Below are positions 27,673-35,584 of a stretch of DNA of 64,000 nucleotides, one piece after another. Within the stretch, counting starts at the first letter, position 1. Every line of letters begins with the position of its first letter. This DNA comes from a virus, in IMG/VR virus record IMGVR_UViG_3300035665_000023, positions 1 to 64,000 of that record. One strand, written 5' to 3'. A program made the translations under genes and the position numbers. Under the pieces are notes generated by a model. That model saw only the letters and a program-made list of their open reading frames with translations. It had not been told where the DNA came from and ran no database searches.

Positions 27673-28598
27673 TGCTTCCTCCCAGCTTCAGCTGCTTCTG
27701 CTTTAAGAATTGCTGCCTTCTCCGCATCGGTTAGACCGCCAGTAGCAGCGTGTTTTTCAACTTGCTTTGATGTCGCCGTGTCAGTTCCACCTCGCCGCTC
27801 CGCGATCTTTTCCTTGACCATCTCGGCCTTAGTCTTGATCGGCCCAAAATACTCCTCGATCGGCTCTCCTTCTTTGAGCGCCGTGGAGACGAGACGCAAC
27901 TCATCGATGTGCGCCAGCCCGATGTCGTCTACTCCCTCCACATCGAGGTAAGCAAACACCTGCTCAGGTGTGACTCGATACGTACGTGCAAAGTGTTCAA
28001 GCATATCCTTGCGAGTCTGCTCGACCGACTTGACGTTGCTGTTGGCTACTTTCCTCGCAGCCTCCAGCAGGTCGTTGATGTACGCTCTAGGAATCGCAGC
28101 TTGGATTGCATTGCGACGAGCCTTGGATGCTGTCGCCATGATTGCGTTCTCGATCATGTGCTGTGCGTATCGTTTGCCGTTCTTTTGAACGATCGACGTA
28201 GACGAAATACCGGGAACCCGCACATTCCGCTCGAGATCCCATGCGGTCGCGTGAACCGTCACCGAAGTCTCGGTGATGACTGGCTCACCAATTTCGACTT
28301 CGATGTTGCCCCAACACATGCAAGCGATCTCAGCGAGCCGAACGGACGGACCAGTGACAGACCCGTCTCCCACCGGCTTGCGATACTCAGCACTGCGAGC
28401 GGTTTCAATGTCGTCCTGCAGTAGAGCAATCGCCTCCTGCTTAAATCGCGACACCGACCGTGGCCATTGCCTTGCCGTGGTGATCCGCTTGTCCAGAACC
28501 GCAGCAGCCAATGCAATTGCGTGATCTGGCGTTGCGGTCGGCATTGCAATAGCCGTGCCCACCACTTGGTTGTCTCGAGTAATCAATTCCTGGCTCAT
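27669..28598 (-). CDS. Putative ssDNA-annealing / recombination protein
   Basis: VTGPSVRLAE, AWDLERN and SKARRNAI motifs; lies next to the exonuclease. Confidence 0.6.
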   Translation of the reverse strand: MSQELITRDNQVVGTAIAMPTATPDHAIALAAAVLDKRITTARQWPRSVSRFKQEAIALLQDDIETARSAEYRKPVGDGSVTGPSVRLAEIACMCWGNIEVEIGEPVITETSVTVHATAWDLERNVRVPGISSTSIVQKNGKRYAQHMIENAIMATASKARRNAIQAAIPRAYINDLLEAARKVANSNVKSVEQTRKDMLEHFARTYRVTPEQVFAYLDVEGVDDIGLAHIDELRLVSTALKEGEPIEEYFGPIKTKAEMVKEKIAERRGGTDTATSKQVEKHAATGGLTDAEKAAILKAEAAEAGRKQ

Positions 28599-29446
28599 GT
28601 AAAATCCTCCAAATCCAACTTTGCGAAACGGGGTTGCGGCAACTCAACCGGCTTAGCGTCAAGAAATGACGCCAAGTCGAAATGATTCATTTCATCGACG
28701 AGCATGACCAAACGCGCCTCTGCGTCGTCCAGCCAAGTGTCGGGTATGCGATAAGGTGTGACTCGATAGCTTCCAGATGAACGGATCGCGACAACATAAA
28801 TTTCTGGATCGGCACCGAACAGATTGCGGTATCCGCGCCGATACAACGAAAGACGAACGTCATAGCCCATGCCCGCCGCATCGTTGGCAAAGCTTCTCGT
28901 GTCGGTTTTGTTGGTCGTCTTCCAGTCAATAAGCAATGGACCGGCAATACAGTCCGCTTTCATCCGGCATGGGCCGAGATAATCGTCATCCCAAACGTGA
29001 ACCTTTTCCAGTCCGCCTTCAGCCCGAGCAACATCCAGCGAAGTTCTGCAAAACGTATTGGATTGCAAGTGGTTCCATATCTCAGCCAACGGATTGCGTT
29101 CTCCCGGCTTGAAATAAACAAGAGCCTCATTCGCCGCCTTCCACGCCGTCCAAGCCTTGCCCTTGCAATGGCCGTCGTCGTTCAGGACGTTGGCAGGAAT
29201 CTCCATCGCCAACCCGTCCCATCCACCTCGTTCCGCGCAAAGATGAACAGCAGTGCCAAACTCCATGGCTGGCGAAACTTCCTTTTTCCAACGTGGGTCC
29301 GCTTTGTAGCTGCCCCACCACTCCAGCGGATCCCGCAAATACATCGCAACTTCAGAAGACGACAATTCAGGCCGCGAATGGTAGTCCACGTTTGGATCCA
29401 CTGACGTTAGCTTTTCGAGAACTTCCACAATGCTCATAAATGACAA
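28595..29446 (-). CDS. PD-(D/E)XK exonuclease (RecE/ExoVIII, DUF3799-like)
   Basis: YHSRPELSSS, FGTAVH, KAD...IDWKTT, GYDVRLSLY. Confidence 0.85.
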   Translation of the reverse strand: MSFMSIVEVLEKLTSVDPNVDYHSRPELSSSEVAMYLRDPLEWWGSYKADPRWKKEVSPAMEFGTAVHLCAERGGWDGLAMEIPANVLNDDGHCKGKAWTAWKAANEALVYFKPGERNPLAEIWNHLQSNTFCRTSLDVARAEGGLEKVHVWDDDYLGPCRMKADCIAGPLLIDWKTTNKTDTRSFANDAAGMGYDVRLSLYRRGYRNLFGADPEIYVVAIRSSGSYRVTPYRIPDTWLDDAEARLVMLVDEMNHFDLASFLDAKPVELPQPRFAKLDLEDFT

Positions 29447-29480
29447 CTCCCATCACTAACACGTATCGATAACAAACCAA

Positions 29481-29556
29481 AACGAGGAGCAGGAGTTGAA
29501 CCTGCAACGCGGCTCGCCCGATAGCCGCTGTTTTGCCTGGATTAAACTACCCTCGT
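29481..29556 (-). tRNA. tRNA-like element with an enlarged anticodon loop (pseudo-tRNA?)
   Basis: Acceptor ACGAGGG/TCCTCGT, D stem GTTT/AAAC, GCGGC-N10-GCCGC anticodon arm, T arm GCAGG-TTCAACT-CCTGC; no encoded CCA. Confidence 0.6.
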
Positions 29557-29668
29557 TGCCATTACAAAAACCCGAGCATCCACGCTGCCAACGCCAGGAT
29601 CGAGCACCACACAATCAATCCTGACACAACAAACTGAATGATCGGAACCTCTGCAAACTCATCGTCAT

Positions 29669-30019
29669 TCATCGCGCAACACCTTCGTGCTTCGCAATCG
29701 CCTCCATAGCTCGCTTCGTCCAATCCGTAGGAACGTTGACGATGTCTACGCAGTCCACGCTGGTCGAATACTGCATGCAGCCCAATATCAGCTTCAAGCA
29801 ATACGACAATTCCTCGGCCTCTCTTGCGTGAGGCGGATCAATCACCTCCTCCGTCACCGTCACCTCCGTTTTGACGACCATTTCGCCACGCAGCACCCGC
29901 ATCGCTCGAGGTGCCTCAATACCAAGCTGCACTCGGTTTCCAGAGATCTCCACGACACGGACACTTGCGTCCGGTCCAAGCTTGATCGACTCGCCGTTCT
30001 TCCTTGACAAAACCAACAT
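29669..30019 (-). CDS. csrA: CsrA (carbon storage regulator) with a C-terminal extension
   Basis: MLVLSRKNGESIKLG...VVEISGNRVQLGIEAP...VLRGE; AAGGAG RBS. Confidence 0.9.
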   Translation of the reverse strand: MLVLSRKNGESIKLGPDASVRVVEISGNRVQLGIEAPRAMRVLRGEMVVKTEVTVTEEVIDPPHAREAEELSYCLKLILGCMQYSTSVDCVDIVNVPTDWTKRAMEAIAKHEGVAR

Positions 30020-30044
30020 TTAGGCTGCTCCTTTTTCGTAAACT

Positions 30045-30079
30045 AAAAAACGCCCGGCCTGCACCATGCAGACCGAGCG
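30045..30079 (-). terminator. Intrinsic terminator upstream of csrA
   Basis: Minus strand CGCTCGGTCTGCA-TGG-TGCAGGCCGGGCG-TTTTTT. Confidence 0.75.
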
Positions 30080-30098
30080 ACGGTAGCCCCGCCAGGAA

Positions 30099-30308
30099 CT
30101 ACTTGTTTCGTTGTTTCGCTACCCACTGAACCAAAGCAGGGCGTTTTTTCCCCTTCCAAGCAAATCGCTCCAATCGATCAAGAGCTTTCTCGTCTCCGTT
30201 GATCGCGCGATTGATCACGCTCCAGCCGAGAGACTTGGAAACTCGCCAAAGCAACATGTACTCTGCGCCGAACCGTGTTTTGCTTGACTTGTCCAAATGA
30301 GTAACCAT
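30099..30308 (-). CDS. Hypothetical protein, possible first gene of the leftward operon
   Basis: 69-aa basic ORF ending just before the terminator. Confidence 0.5.
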   Translation of the reverse strand: MVTHLDKSSKTRFGAEYMLLWRVSKSLGWSVINRAINGDEKALDRLERFAWKGKKRPALVQWVAKQRNK

Positions 30309-30444
30309 GATGAAAGACTGTATCGGCGTTCACTAGTGATTGCAACAGCATCCGTTAGCGATTGCGCCTTGATTGCGCCGGAAATGCTTGTGGCGTAACC
30401 AGTTGAAGCTTGGAAAATTTTTTCAAAATGGTTACATTTTTTGC

Positions 30445-30798
30445 ATGGGCGGAACACCTGAACCAAAAAAAACGGAAGCGGTCACAGCACAGCAGCTTTC
30501 TGCGTTAGCGGCTGACCTGAAAGAATTTGCGGCAAAGCTGGAGTTGGCTGCGAAAGTCGCGATGGAGCAAGAAGGTCAAGTAATCGCTTTGTATAACTTG
30601 CGTTCTGCAGTTACATCGGTAACGGCATTGCAGCGGTTCGTCGCAAGAGCGGATGAGCATCGCCGTGCAGCGCAGCTTGGAAAACCCGTTCCGGTTGGAC
30701 AACCCAAACCGCGATCGGCGACTGCACGCAAGCCAACTGTCGCAGCAGCAAAAGAAACGCTTGCGAAAGCCAGACAAAAAAAGAAACCTGGAAACTAG
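30445..30798 (+). CDS. Hypothetical protein with a Lys/Ala-rich tail (possible regulator)
   Basis: MGGTPEPKK...; divergent from the leftward operon. Confidence 0.6.
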   Translation: MGGTPEPKKTEAVTAQQLSALAADLKEFAAKLELAAKVAMEQEGQVIALYNLRSAVTSVTALQRFVARADEHRRAAQLGKPVPVGQPKPRSATARKPTVAAAKETLAKARQKKKPGN

Positions 30799-31205
30799 GA
30801 GTCTTTTGACACCTTCCACTCCGAGGGCATTGCTTGACCGCTCGGCCACAGCATGCACCCTACTGTGCGATCGTGCCGAGCCCAACGCAGAGCAAAGATT
30901 GCCGCATCTCGCACGCTGACTCGTCGCATCAGCAATACGATTTCCTGGCTCTCTGGATCGGCCAGCAGAACATCCGTTTTGCATTGCCGCACTCTTGGCC
31001 GTTTTCCTTTTGCGGCCATGTCGCGACCCATCTTAAACGCGCGAACTGCCGACTCCACTAGCGTTACACGATCCTGTCCTCGCCTGTCCACATACCGAAT
31101 TTCCCACATAGCTGACTCTTTCATAAATGGTGATTTTGATGACAGCGGGATTTTTTTCGCAAGATTGACACGTCTGGTCATCTCTTGACTTACTTTCCAG
31201 TTCAT
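30795..31205 (-). CDS. Hypothetical protein
   Basis: ORF convergent with the previous gene; start uncertain. Confidence 0.45.
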   Translation of the reverse strand: MNWKVSQEMTRRVNLAKKIPLSSKSPFMKESAMWEIRYVDRRGQDRVTLVESAVRAFKMGRDMAAKGKRPRVRQCKTDVLLADPESQEIVLLMRRVSVRDAAIFALRWARHDRTVGCMLWPSGQAMPSEWKVSKDS

Positions 31206-31264
31206 CGCATATTTAGTGCATCTCCTTCGGTAGCCCCGCCAGGTTTTTGACCGAGGGGAGAAAC

Positions 31265-31513
31265 ATGGAAGACATTCTGACGATCGCAGAAGTCGCTGAT
31301 CGACTTCGCTGTTCTGTTTCTACCGTGCGGCAGCATATCGCACGCGGTCGGCTTGCTGCCGTCAACCTTGGGACCGGAGGTCACAAGCACTACCGGATCA
31401 CCGAGTCGGCACTCGCTGACTTTCTCCAGTCAGCCCCTCAATTGGCAACTTCTCTGCCTCCTGCACCCAAGCTGTCTATCAACACTTCGCGATTCATGAA
31501 GCGACTTGGTTGA
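31265..31513 (+). CDS. Excisionase-type HTH protein
   Basis: ILTIAEVADRLRCSVSTVRQHIARGRL...YRITESALADFL; GGAG RBS. Confidence 0.85.
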   Translation: MEDILTIAEVADRLRCSVSTVRQHIARGRLAAVNLGTGGHKHYRITESALADFLQSAPQLATSLPPAPKLSINTSRFMKRLG

Positions 31514-31815
31514 TGATAATGCGAACGAAAACACCGATCGAATTACTCGAAGATTTAGCCTACGAAAGCGAGTCGATCGCGGTCAAAGCTAGATTGGCGA
31601 TTGTCATCGCGCACATTCAGACTATGGAGCAGCAACGGATCGAAATGCGGTATCGGCAAATCGCGGTGCTGCAAGGAATCAAGCTTTTGGCTTCCTGGCA
31701 TTATGACCCAGAAGCGAATTTCGATGATGTGTCGCCAGACGATCAGGTAGCGCATGTTAATGCAAGGATTGTCTGGGAGTGCGATATGGCGTTGCGAGAA
31801 CTTGGGGTGAATTAG
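31510..31815 (+). CDS. Hypothetical protein
   Basis: ORF coupled to the xis-like gene. Confidence 0.6.
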   Translation: MMIMRTKTPIELLEDLAYESESIAVKARLAIVIAHIQTMEQQRIEMRYRQIAVLQGIKLLASWHYDPEANFDDVSPDDQVAHVNARIVWECDMALRELGVN

Positions 31816-31846
31816 GTAAAGAAATAGGTAAAGAAATAGGTAACAA

Positions 31847-31946
31847 GGATCGGTGGACTAGACGACGGCGTTTTGCGCCGAGAGAGCAGAAACGGTATCT
31901 GTAGCCACGTCGGCTGTCTTTGCAGGTTCGAGTCCTGCCCGATCCA
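31847..31946 (+). tRNA. tRNA-like element (100 nt) with atypical D and variable regions
   Basis: Acceptor GGATCGG/CCGATCC-A, T arm GCAGG-TTCGAGT-CCTGC, internal hairpins CGGCG/CGCCG, GCAGA-AACGGTA-TCTGT and AGCC/GGCT. Confidence 0.55.
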
Positions 31947-31950
31947 TTGA

Positions 31951-31975
31951 GACGAACGCTAATCAATTGTTATGC
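31951..31975 (-). other. Collapsed attC (both cores kept, L boxes and stem deleted)
   Basis: GACGAAC-GCTAATCAATT-GTTATGC. Confidence 0.6.
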
Positions 31976-31992
31976 GGTTTGGAGGTTTGATA

Positions 31993-32196
31993 ATGGCACA
32001 ATTTACGTACAGAGACAAGTTGATAATCATGCAGGAGCAAGCCATGTGGATCGTGGCAAACATCTTGCGAGACGAAGCATCATCGGTAGATCACACTTGG
32101 CAGGCTCGAATTCGGAAGCTGTCGGAAGAATCGCGACAAATCGCACAGGAGCTACGCGATCACAACGAACAGTTTGAAGAAGAGGACGACGAGTAA
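31993..32196 (+). CDS. Cassette 1 gene: small helical acidic protein
   Basis: GGAGG RBS, MAQFTYRDK. Confidence 0.7.
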   Translation: MAQFTYRDKLIIMQEQAMWIVANILRDEASSVDHTWQARIRKLSEESRQIAQELRDHNEQFEEEDDE

Positions 32197-32199
32197 TCC

Positions 32200-32288
32200 G
32201 CATAACGCACAAAATCACCGGGTTGCCGCCGGTGAGTATCGATTGAAAAACAGCCGGACGGCAACTCCGGTGCATTTTTTTGTTATGC
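32200..32288 (-). other. attC site 1
   Basis: GCATAAC...CACCGGGTTGCCG / CGGCAACTCCGGTG...GTTATGC, 89 bp. Confidence 0.85.
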
Positions 32289-32348
32289 CATGCCGAACCA
32301 TTTAAGGTTACCTACAGTTGTAGTGCGGCGTTCCTTTGGAGCGATGCC

Positions 32349-32834
32349 ATGCAGTTGTATTTTGACGATCATTATCCAAATGTCCCGAATTACTTTATTC
32401 GTCGTTCGGATCTTCAGCCGCGTCACATGCCGGAGTATTCAGCCGTGTACATCGTTATAGATCGACAACGAAGAGTCGAGTATGTGGGAGAAACCAAGAA
32501 CCTTCGGCATCGCATAAGTGAACACGGCGGTTTTTCACACAACAGCGGTATTGCATGGATCAACGTTGACAGTTCGATGTTGGCTTTTACCGAGTGCTGG
32601 TTTATTGCGACGCTAAGACCTTACAGGAACGGTACGCAACGGAAGTATTTGAAAGATTGCTCACGCTCAGCAGTCGTCGATAGAACGATTCATCGTTTGT
32701 GGGTTGTTGGTCGCCACGTTCGTCTTTGCGACGGGACGAGCGGTTTTATTGATAGGGTTTACGAGTCGTCGAAGCGCATCGTGGTGAATGGCGTTTCGTA
32801 TAGAATATGTCAGGCAACTGTGACATTGGCATAA
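32349..32834 (+). CDS. Cassette 2 gene: GIY-YIG nuclease domain protein
   Basis: SAVYIV...EYVGETKNLRHRISEH...E...IATLRPYRN; the stop lies in the attC2 core. Confidence 0.75.
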   Translation: MQLYFDDHYPNVPNYFIRRSDLQPRHMPEYSAVYIVIDRQRRVEYVGETKNLRHRISEHGGFSHNSGIAWINVDSSMLAFTECWFIATLRPYRNGTQRKYLKDCSRSAVVDRTIHRLWVVGRHVRLCDGTSGFIDRVYESSKRIVVNGVSYRICQATVTLA

Positions 32835-32919
32835 CGCTTGGGTTCACGGGGCCGCGAGGAAAAAACTATGAACAAATCAAACGACGTTGACGCGGCTCCC
32901 GTGCAACCCATTGTTATGC
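32829..32919 (-). other. attC site 2
   Basis: Minus strand GCATAAC-AATGG-GTTGCACG...CGTGAAC-CCAAGC-GTTATGC: canonical 7-5-8...7-6-7 geometry. Confidence 0.9.
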
Positions 32920-33443
32920 GTTTCTGTTACGCAGATCCGCCCTACCTTGGATGTGGCAAGAAGCTGTATGGCGACATGCACGAACAGGCAGCAGATTGGG
33001 ACAACCCCGAGAGGCATAGCCAATTGGTAGAGCAATTGTGCGACGAGTTCCCAGACGGTTGGGCAATGTCGTTGCATAGCCCGAGCCTGCGGACGATTCT
33101 TCCAATGTGCCCAGAGGATTGCCGTGTAGCAGCATGGGTGAAACCATTCGCAGTGTTCAAAGCGAACGTAACGGTAGCGTATGCGTGGGAACCAGTCATC
33201 TTCCGTGGCGGTCGGAAACGACCGCGAACGATGCCAACTGTTAGAGATTGGGTCAGCGAGTGCATTACGTTGAAGAAGGGTTGCCCTGGGGCAAAACCCG
33301 AGGGGTTTAGTATGTGGCTGTTCGACCTGTTGAACATGGAACCGCAAGACGATTTCGTTGATATGTTTCCCGGCAGCGGGAGCGTGCAAAAGGCGTGGGA
33401 CAAGTTTCGCCACACGCCGATGCTGCCACTGGAATACGCATAA
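32868..33443 (+). CDS. Cassette 3 gene: amino-DNA methyltransferase-like protein
   Basis: YADPPY catalytic motif and DMFPGSG SAM-binding motif; the start codon lies inside attC2. Confidence 0.8.
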   Translation: MNKSNDVDAAPVQPIVMRFCYADPPYLGCGKKLYGDMHEQAADWDNPERHSQLVEQLCDEFPDGWAMSLHSPSLRTILPMCPEDCRVAAWVKPFAVFKANVTVAYAWEPVIFRGGRKRPRTMPTVRDWVSECITLKKGCPGAKPEGFSMWLFDLLNMEPQDDFVDMFPGSGSVQKAWDKFRHTPMLPLEYA

Positions 33444-33526
33444 CGCTAGCGGTAACCGAATCGCCGCCAAGAGACTCGGCTTGAGAACTAGGTGACCGGC
33501 GACTTCGGTTCACCGCTTTGTTATCC
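33438..33526 (-). other. attC site 3
   Basis: GCATAAC...GCGGTAACCGAATCGCCG / CGGCGACTTCGGTTCACCGC...GTTATCC, 89 bp. Confidence 0.85.
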
Positions 33527-33546
33527 CAAAGTTTAGAAGGTGAGCC

Positions 33547-33765
33547 GTGGCTGGTTGGCAACCGATTGAAACCGCACCGAAAGACGGCACAAAGATTTTG
33601 GGATGCGATAGTAATGGTGAACTTGCCGTTGTGCATTGGGATCAAAATTTAGTTCGTGGCTTGAAGGGTTTTCAGATTGGAATTGGCGGAGTGAATTGGA
33701 ATTGGTTGCAACATTATTTTATACCAGTAATGTGGCAACCATTGCCTAATTCACCTGATGGATAA
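33547..33765 (+). CDS. Cassette 4 gene: DUF551-like phage protein
   Basis: WQPIETAPKDGTKIL...WQPLP. Confidence 0.8.
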   Translation: MAGWQPIETAPKDGTKILGCDSNGELAVVHWDQNLVRGLKGFQIGIGGVNWNWLQHYFIPVMWQPLPNSPDG

Positions 33766-33849
33766 CGCTCGGATTCACCGAGCCGAAAGGAAAGAGGTAA
33801 ACGAGAATGAGCGATACGAATGAGGCTTCGGTGCAATCCGTTGTTCGTC
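33760..33849 (-). other. attC site 4
   Basis: GGATAAC...CGGATTCACCGAGCC / GGCTTCGGTGCAATCCG...GTTCGTC, 90 bp. Confidence 0.85.
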
Positions 33850-34064
33850 GGCTTTTGGCTAACGACCAATTGAGGAAGATCTACGATGTTGACGAAGATA
33901 CGTTGTGGGAGTGCTTGCGAGTTCTTGCTCGCATGGTGCGGGACAAGACGATTGATGCAGACAAGGCATTGAAGGCCGAAGCAGAGCGAAGTCGTCCACG
34001 GTCTGTAGGAAATCAGTTGTTTGAGGCCGCAATGCGAGATTTTGAGCGAGACGGTATTCGTTAG
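33807..34064 (+). CDS. Cassette 5 gene: hypothetical protein
   Basis: RBS and ATG inside attC4. Confidence 0.65.
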   Translation: MSDTNEASVQSVVRRLLANDQLRKIYDVDEDTLWECLRVLARMVRDKTIDADKALKAEAERSRPRSVGNQLFEAAMRDFERDGIR

Positions 34065-34068
34065 GTCG

Positions 34069-34157
34069 GACGAACGGTAGCCGTCAGCGGGCGGCGAAAG
34101 GAAGATTAACCATGTCGAACGACTCTGCCGCCGCTCCGTTGCACGGCGTTGTTCTAC
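34069..34157 (-). other. attC site 5
   Basis: GACGAAC...GCCGTCAGCGGGCGGCG / CGCCGCTCCGTTGCACGGC...GTTCTAC, 89 bp. Confidence 0.85.
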
Positions 34158-34450
34158 TGCCATGTCCCTTTTGCGGAGGCGAGGCAGTAGAGTGCTATCA
34201 ACGTGACGACCTTGACGATTGGAAGATTGAGTGCAGTGGGTGTGGTGCAGTATCGTGTCCAGATGGGATGCGGTACGACAAGCATTTGGCAATTAAAGAT
34301 TGGAACACGCGAATCGTCAAAGGCGTGCGAACAGTGTTCAGTTACGAAATGTTCGGCAAGATCGGATTCGTATGGATGGCAAGAACCGGTGGGGAAATGT
34401 ACGGCCCATGCTTGTCGCTAGACGAATTGTACTCCGATTTAGGTCAGTAG
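34112..34450 (+). CDS. Cassette 6 gene: Lar-family (restriction alleviation) zinc ribbon protein
   Basis: LLPCPFCGGEA...IECSGCGA...AIKDWNTR; ATG inside attC5, TAG inside the attC6 core. Confidence 0.8.
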   Translation: MSNDSAAAPLHGVVLLPCPFCGGEAVECYQRDDLDDWKIECSGCGAVSCPDGMRYDKHLAIKDWNTRIVKGVRTVFSYEMFGKIGFVWMARTGGEMYGPCLSLDELYSDLGQ

Positions 34451-34536
34451 AACGCTGGCAATCACGGGGCCGCGACCGTGAAAGCCAGCCATCAGAAAAG
34501 ACGTTGACGCGGCTCCCGTGCATTGCTTTGTTCGTC
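34447..34536 (-). other. attC site 6
   Basis: GTAGAAC...GTTCGTC, 90 bp; arms nearly identical to attC2 (TCACGGGGCCGCGA; GACGTTGACGCGGCTCCCGTGCA). Confidence 0.9.
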
Positions 34537-34554
34537 GTCCTTGGAGGTTTGATT

Positions 34555-34818
34555 ATGAGAGTCGCAGAGTTGATTGAAGAGTTGAAGAAGTTACCACCAG
34601 AGTCGGAAGTCATCCTCCAGAAAGACGCGGAAGGTAATGGGTACAGTCCATTGTACAAAGTGGATGGTAATGCCATTTACATAGAGGATTTGGCATGGAG
34701 TGGCAAAGTCGTTTCGACGGAGTGGTCGGCCTGCGATGCATGTTACGAGTCAGAGGAAGAGTGGGAAGCATTTAAGGCGTCGAATCCGCGTTGCTGTGTT
34801 TTGGCACCAGTGAACTAG
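34555..34818 (+). CDS. Cassette 7 gene: small phage protein
   Basis: GGAGG RBS; MRVAELIEELKKLPPESEV...DAEGNGYSP. Confidence 0.75.
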   Translation: MRVAELIEELKKLPPESEVILQKDAEGNGYSPLYKVDGNAIYIEDLAWSGKVVSTEWSACDACYESEEEWEAFKASNPRCCVLAPVN

Positions 34819-34822
34819 GTAG

Positions 34823-34911
34823 GACGAACGCTGGCGATGACCCAGCCCGAAAGGAGATTTCAAAATGTCAGAAACCAGTAATGAGGGCTTGGGTCCATCG
34901 TATCGTTCTAC
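34823..34911 (-). other. attC site 7
   Basis: GACGAAC...CGATGACCCAGCCC / GGGCTTGGGTCCATCG...GTTCTAC, 89 bp. Confidence 0.85.
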
Positions 34912-35161
34912 GTCCAAGCGGTGTGAGTTTGTTTATGAAGTCGAAACAGCACTGCGTTCCGTAACCCATGAATGTCGATTGGCTAATGCCGTAGAAATCA
35001 GTTACGAGATTCGAGATGGCGAAGGTTTTATTCGGATCGTGTCGGTAGAAGATAAAGCGGATGCGAAAGCGTATCGTGCGTTGAGAAAATTGTTTAGCCG
35101 TCCCGACCAGATGAGATTGGACATCGCGCCAGTCTGGGATTCGCGAAATATCGGGCAGTAG
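34865..35161 (+). CDS. Cassette 8 gene: hypothetical protein
   Basis: AAGGAG RBS and ATG inside attC7; TAG inside the attC8 core. Confidence 0.7.
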   Translation: MSETSNEGLGPSYRSTSKRCEFVYEVETALRSVTHECRLANAVEISYEIRDGEGFIRIVSVEDKADAKAYRALRKLFSRPDQMRLDIAPVWDSRNIGQ

Positions 35162-35247
35162 AACGCACAGGATAACCCAGTGCGAGAAAGGAAAGTAGCA
35201 ATGACAGAAGACACTAACGAGCACTTGGGTTCATCCGATTGTTCGTC
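35158..35247 (-). other. attC site 8
   Basis: GTAGAAC...GGATAACCCAGTGC / GCACTTGGGTTCATCC...GTTCGTC, 90 bp. Confidence 0.85.
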
Positions 35248-35476
35248 GGCTTTTAATGTGCTCTCGCGAATGCTTGAATCTGGATGTGACTTGCATAAGC
35301 AATCGGGCATTTGCTGGATACATGATTGGGCTGGTCGATGTTTAGCAGAAGCAAAGACGCTTACCGACATGCGAGAACAATTGGAGCGATTCGACATCGA
35401 AGCACACGAACGTCGCTACAAGGCTAGGTGCGATTGGTATGCAAAAAACAGGAACAAGCTTTTAGGTCGGCAGTAA
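35201..35476 (+). CDS. Cassette 9 gene: hypothetical protein
   Basis: AAGGA RBS and ATG inside attC8. Confidence 0.65.
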   Translation: MTEDTNEHLGSSDCSSAFNVLSRMLESGCDLHKQSGICWIHDWAGRCLAEAKTLTDMREQLERFDIEAHERRYKARCDWYAKNRNKLLGRQ

Positions 35477-35480
35477 GTCC

Positions 35481-35531
35481 GACGAACAAGTATTATATGG
35501 AATTGACCATATCACCGTGTTATGTGGAATT
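35481..35531 (-). other. attI-like site
   Basis: Terminal core (minus strand GTTCGTC) without an attC hairpin, preceded by direct repeats TTAT(A/G)TGGAATT at 35493-35504 and 35520-35531. Confidence 0.6.
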
Positions 35532-35584
35532 CAATATATCCTGGGTTTGCGAGTCTTTGCACGACTCGCAGGGACCGGAAACGC

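Larger units (their letters stand above)
31951..35531 (-). mobile_element. Integron-like gene cassette array: 9 cassettes, 8 full attC, 1 collapsed attC, attI-like site
   Basis: Eight 89-91-bp imperfect palindromes separate single ORFs. Each cassette body is bounded by mutually complementary 7-bp cores (GTTATGC/GCATAAC x3, GTTATCC/GGATAAC, GTTCGTC/GACGAAC x3, GTTCTAC/GTAGAAC x2). Confidence 0.9.

Noticed and set aside
32200-35247. Intergenic hairpins as terminators or REP elements, or attC leaders creating shuffled fusion proteins
   Set aside because: They lack consistent U tracts, have constant length and show cassette-wise core complementarity. In the minus orientation each leader belongs to the same cassette as its gene, so no new fusions arise.
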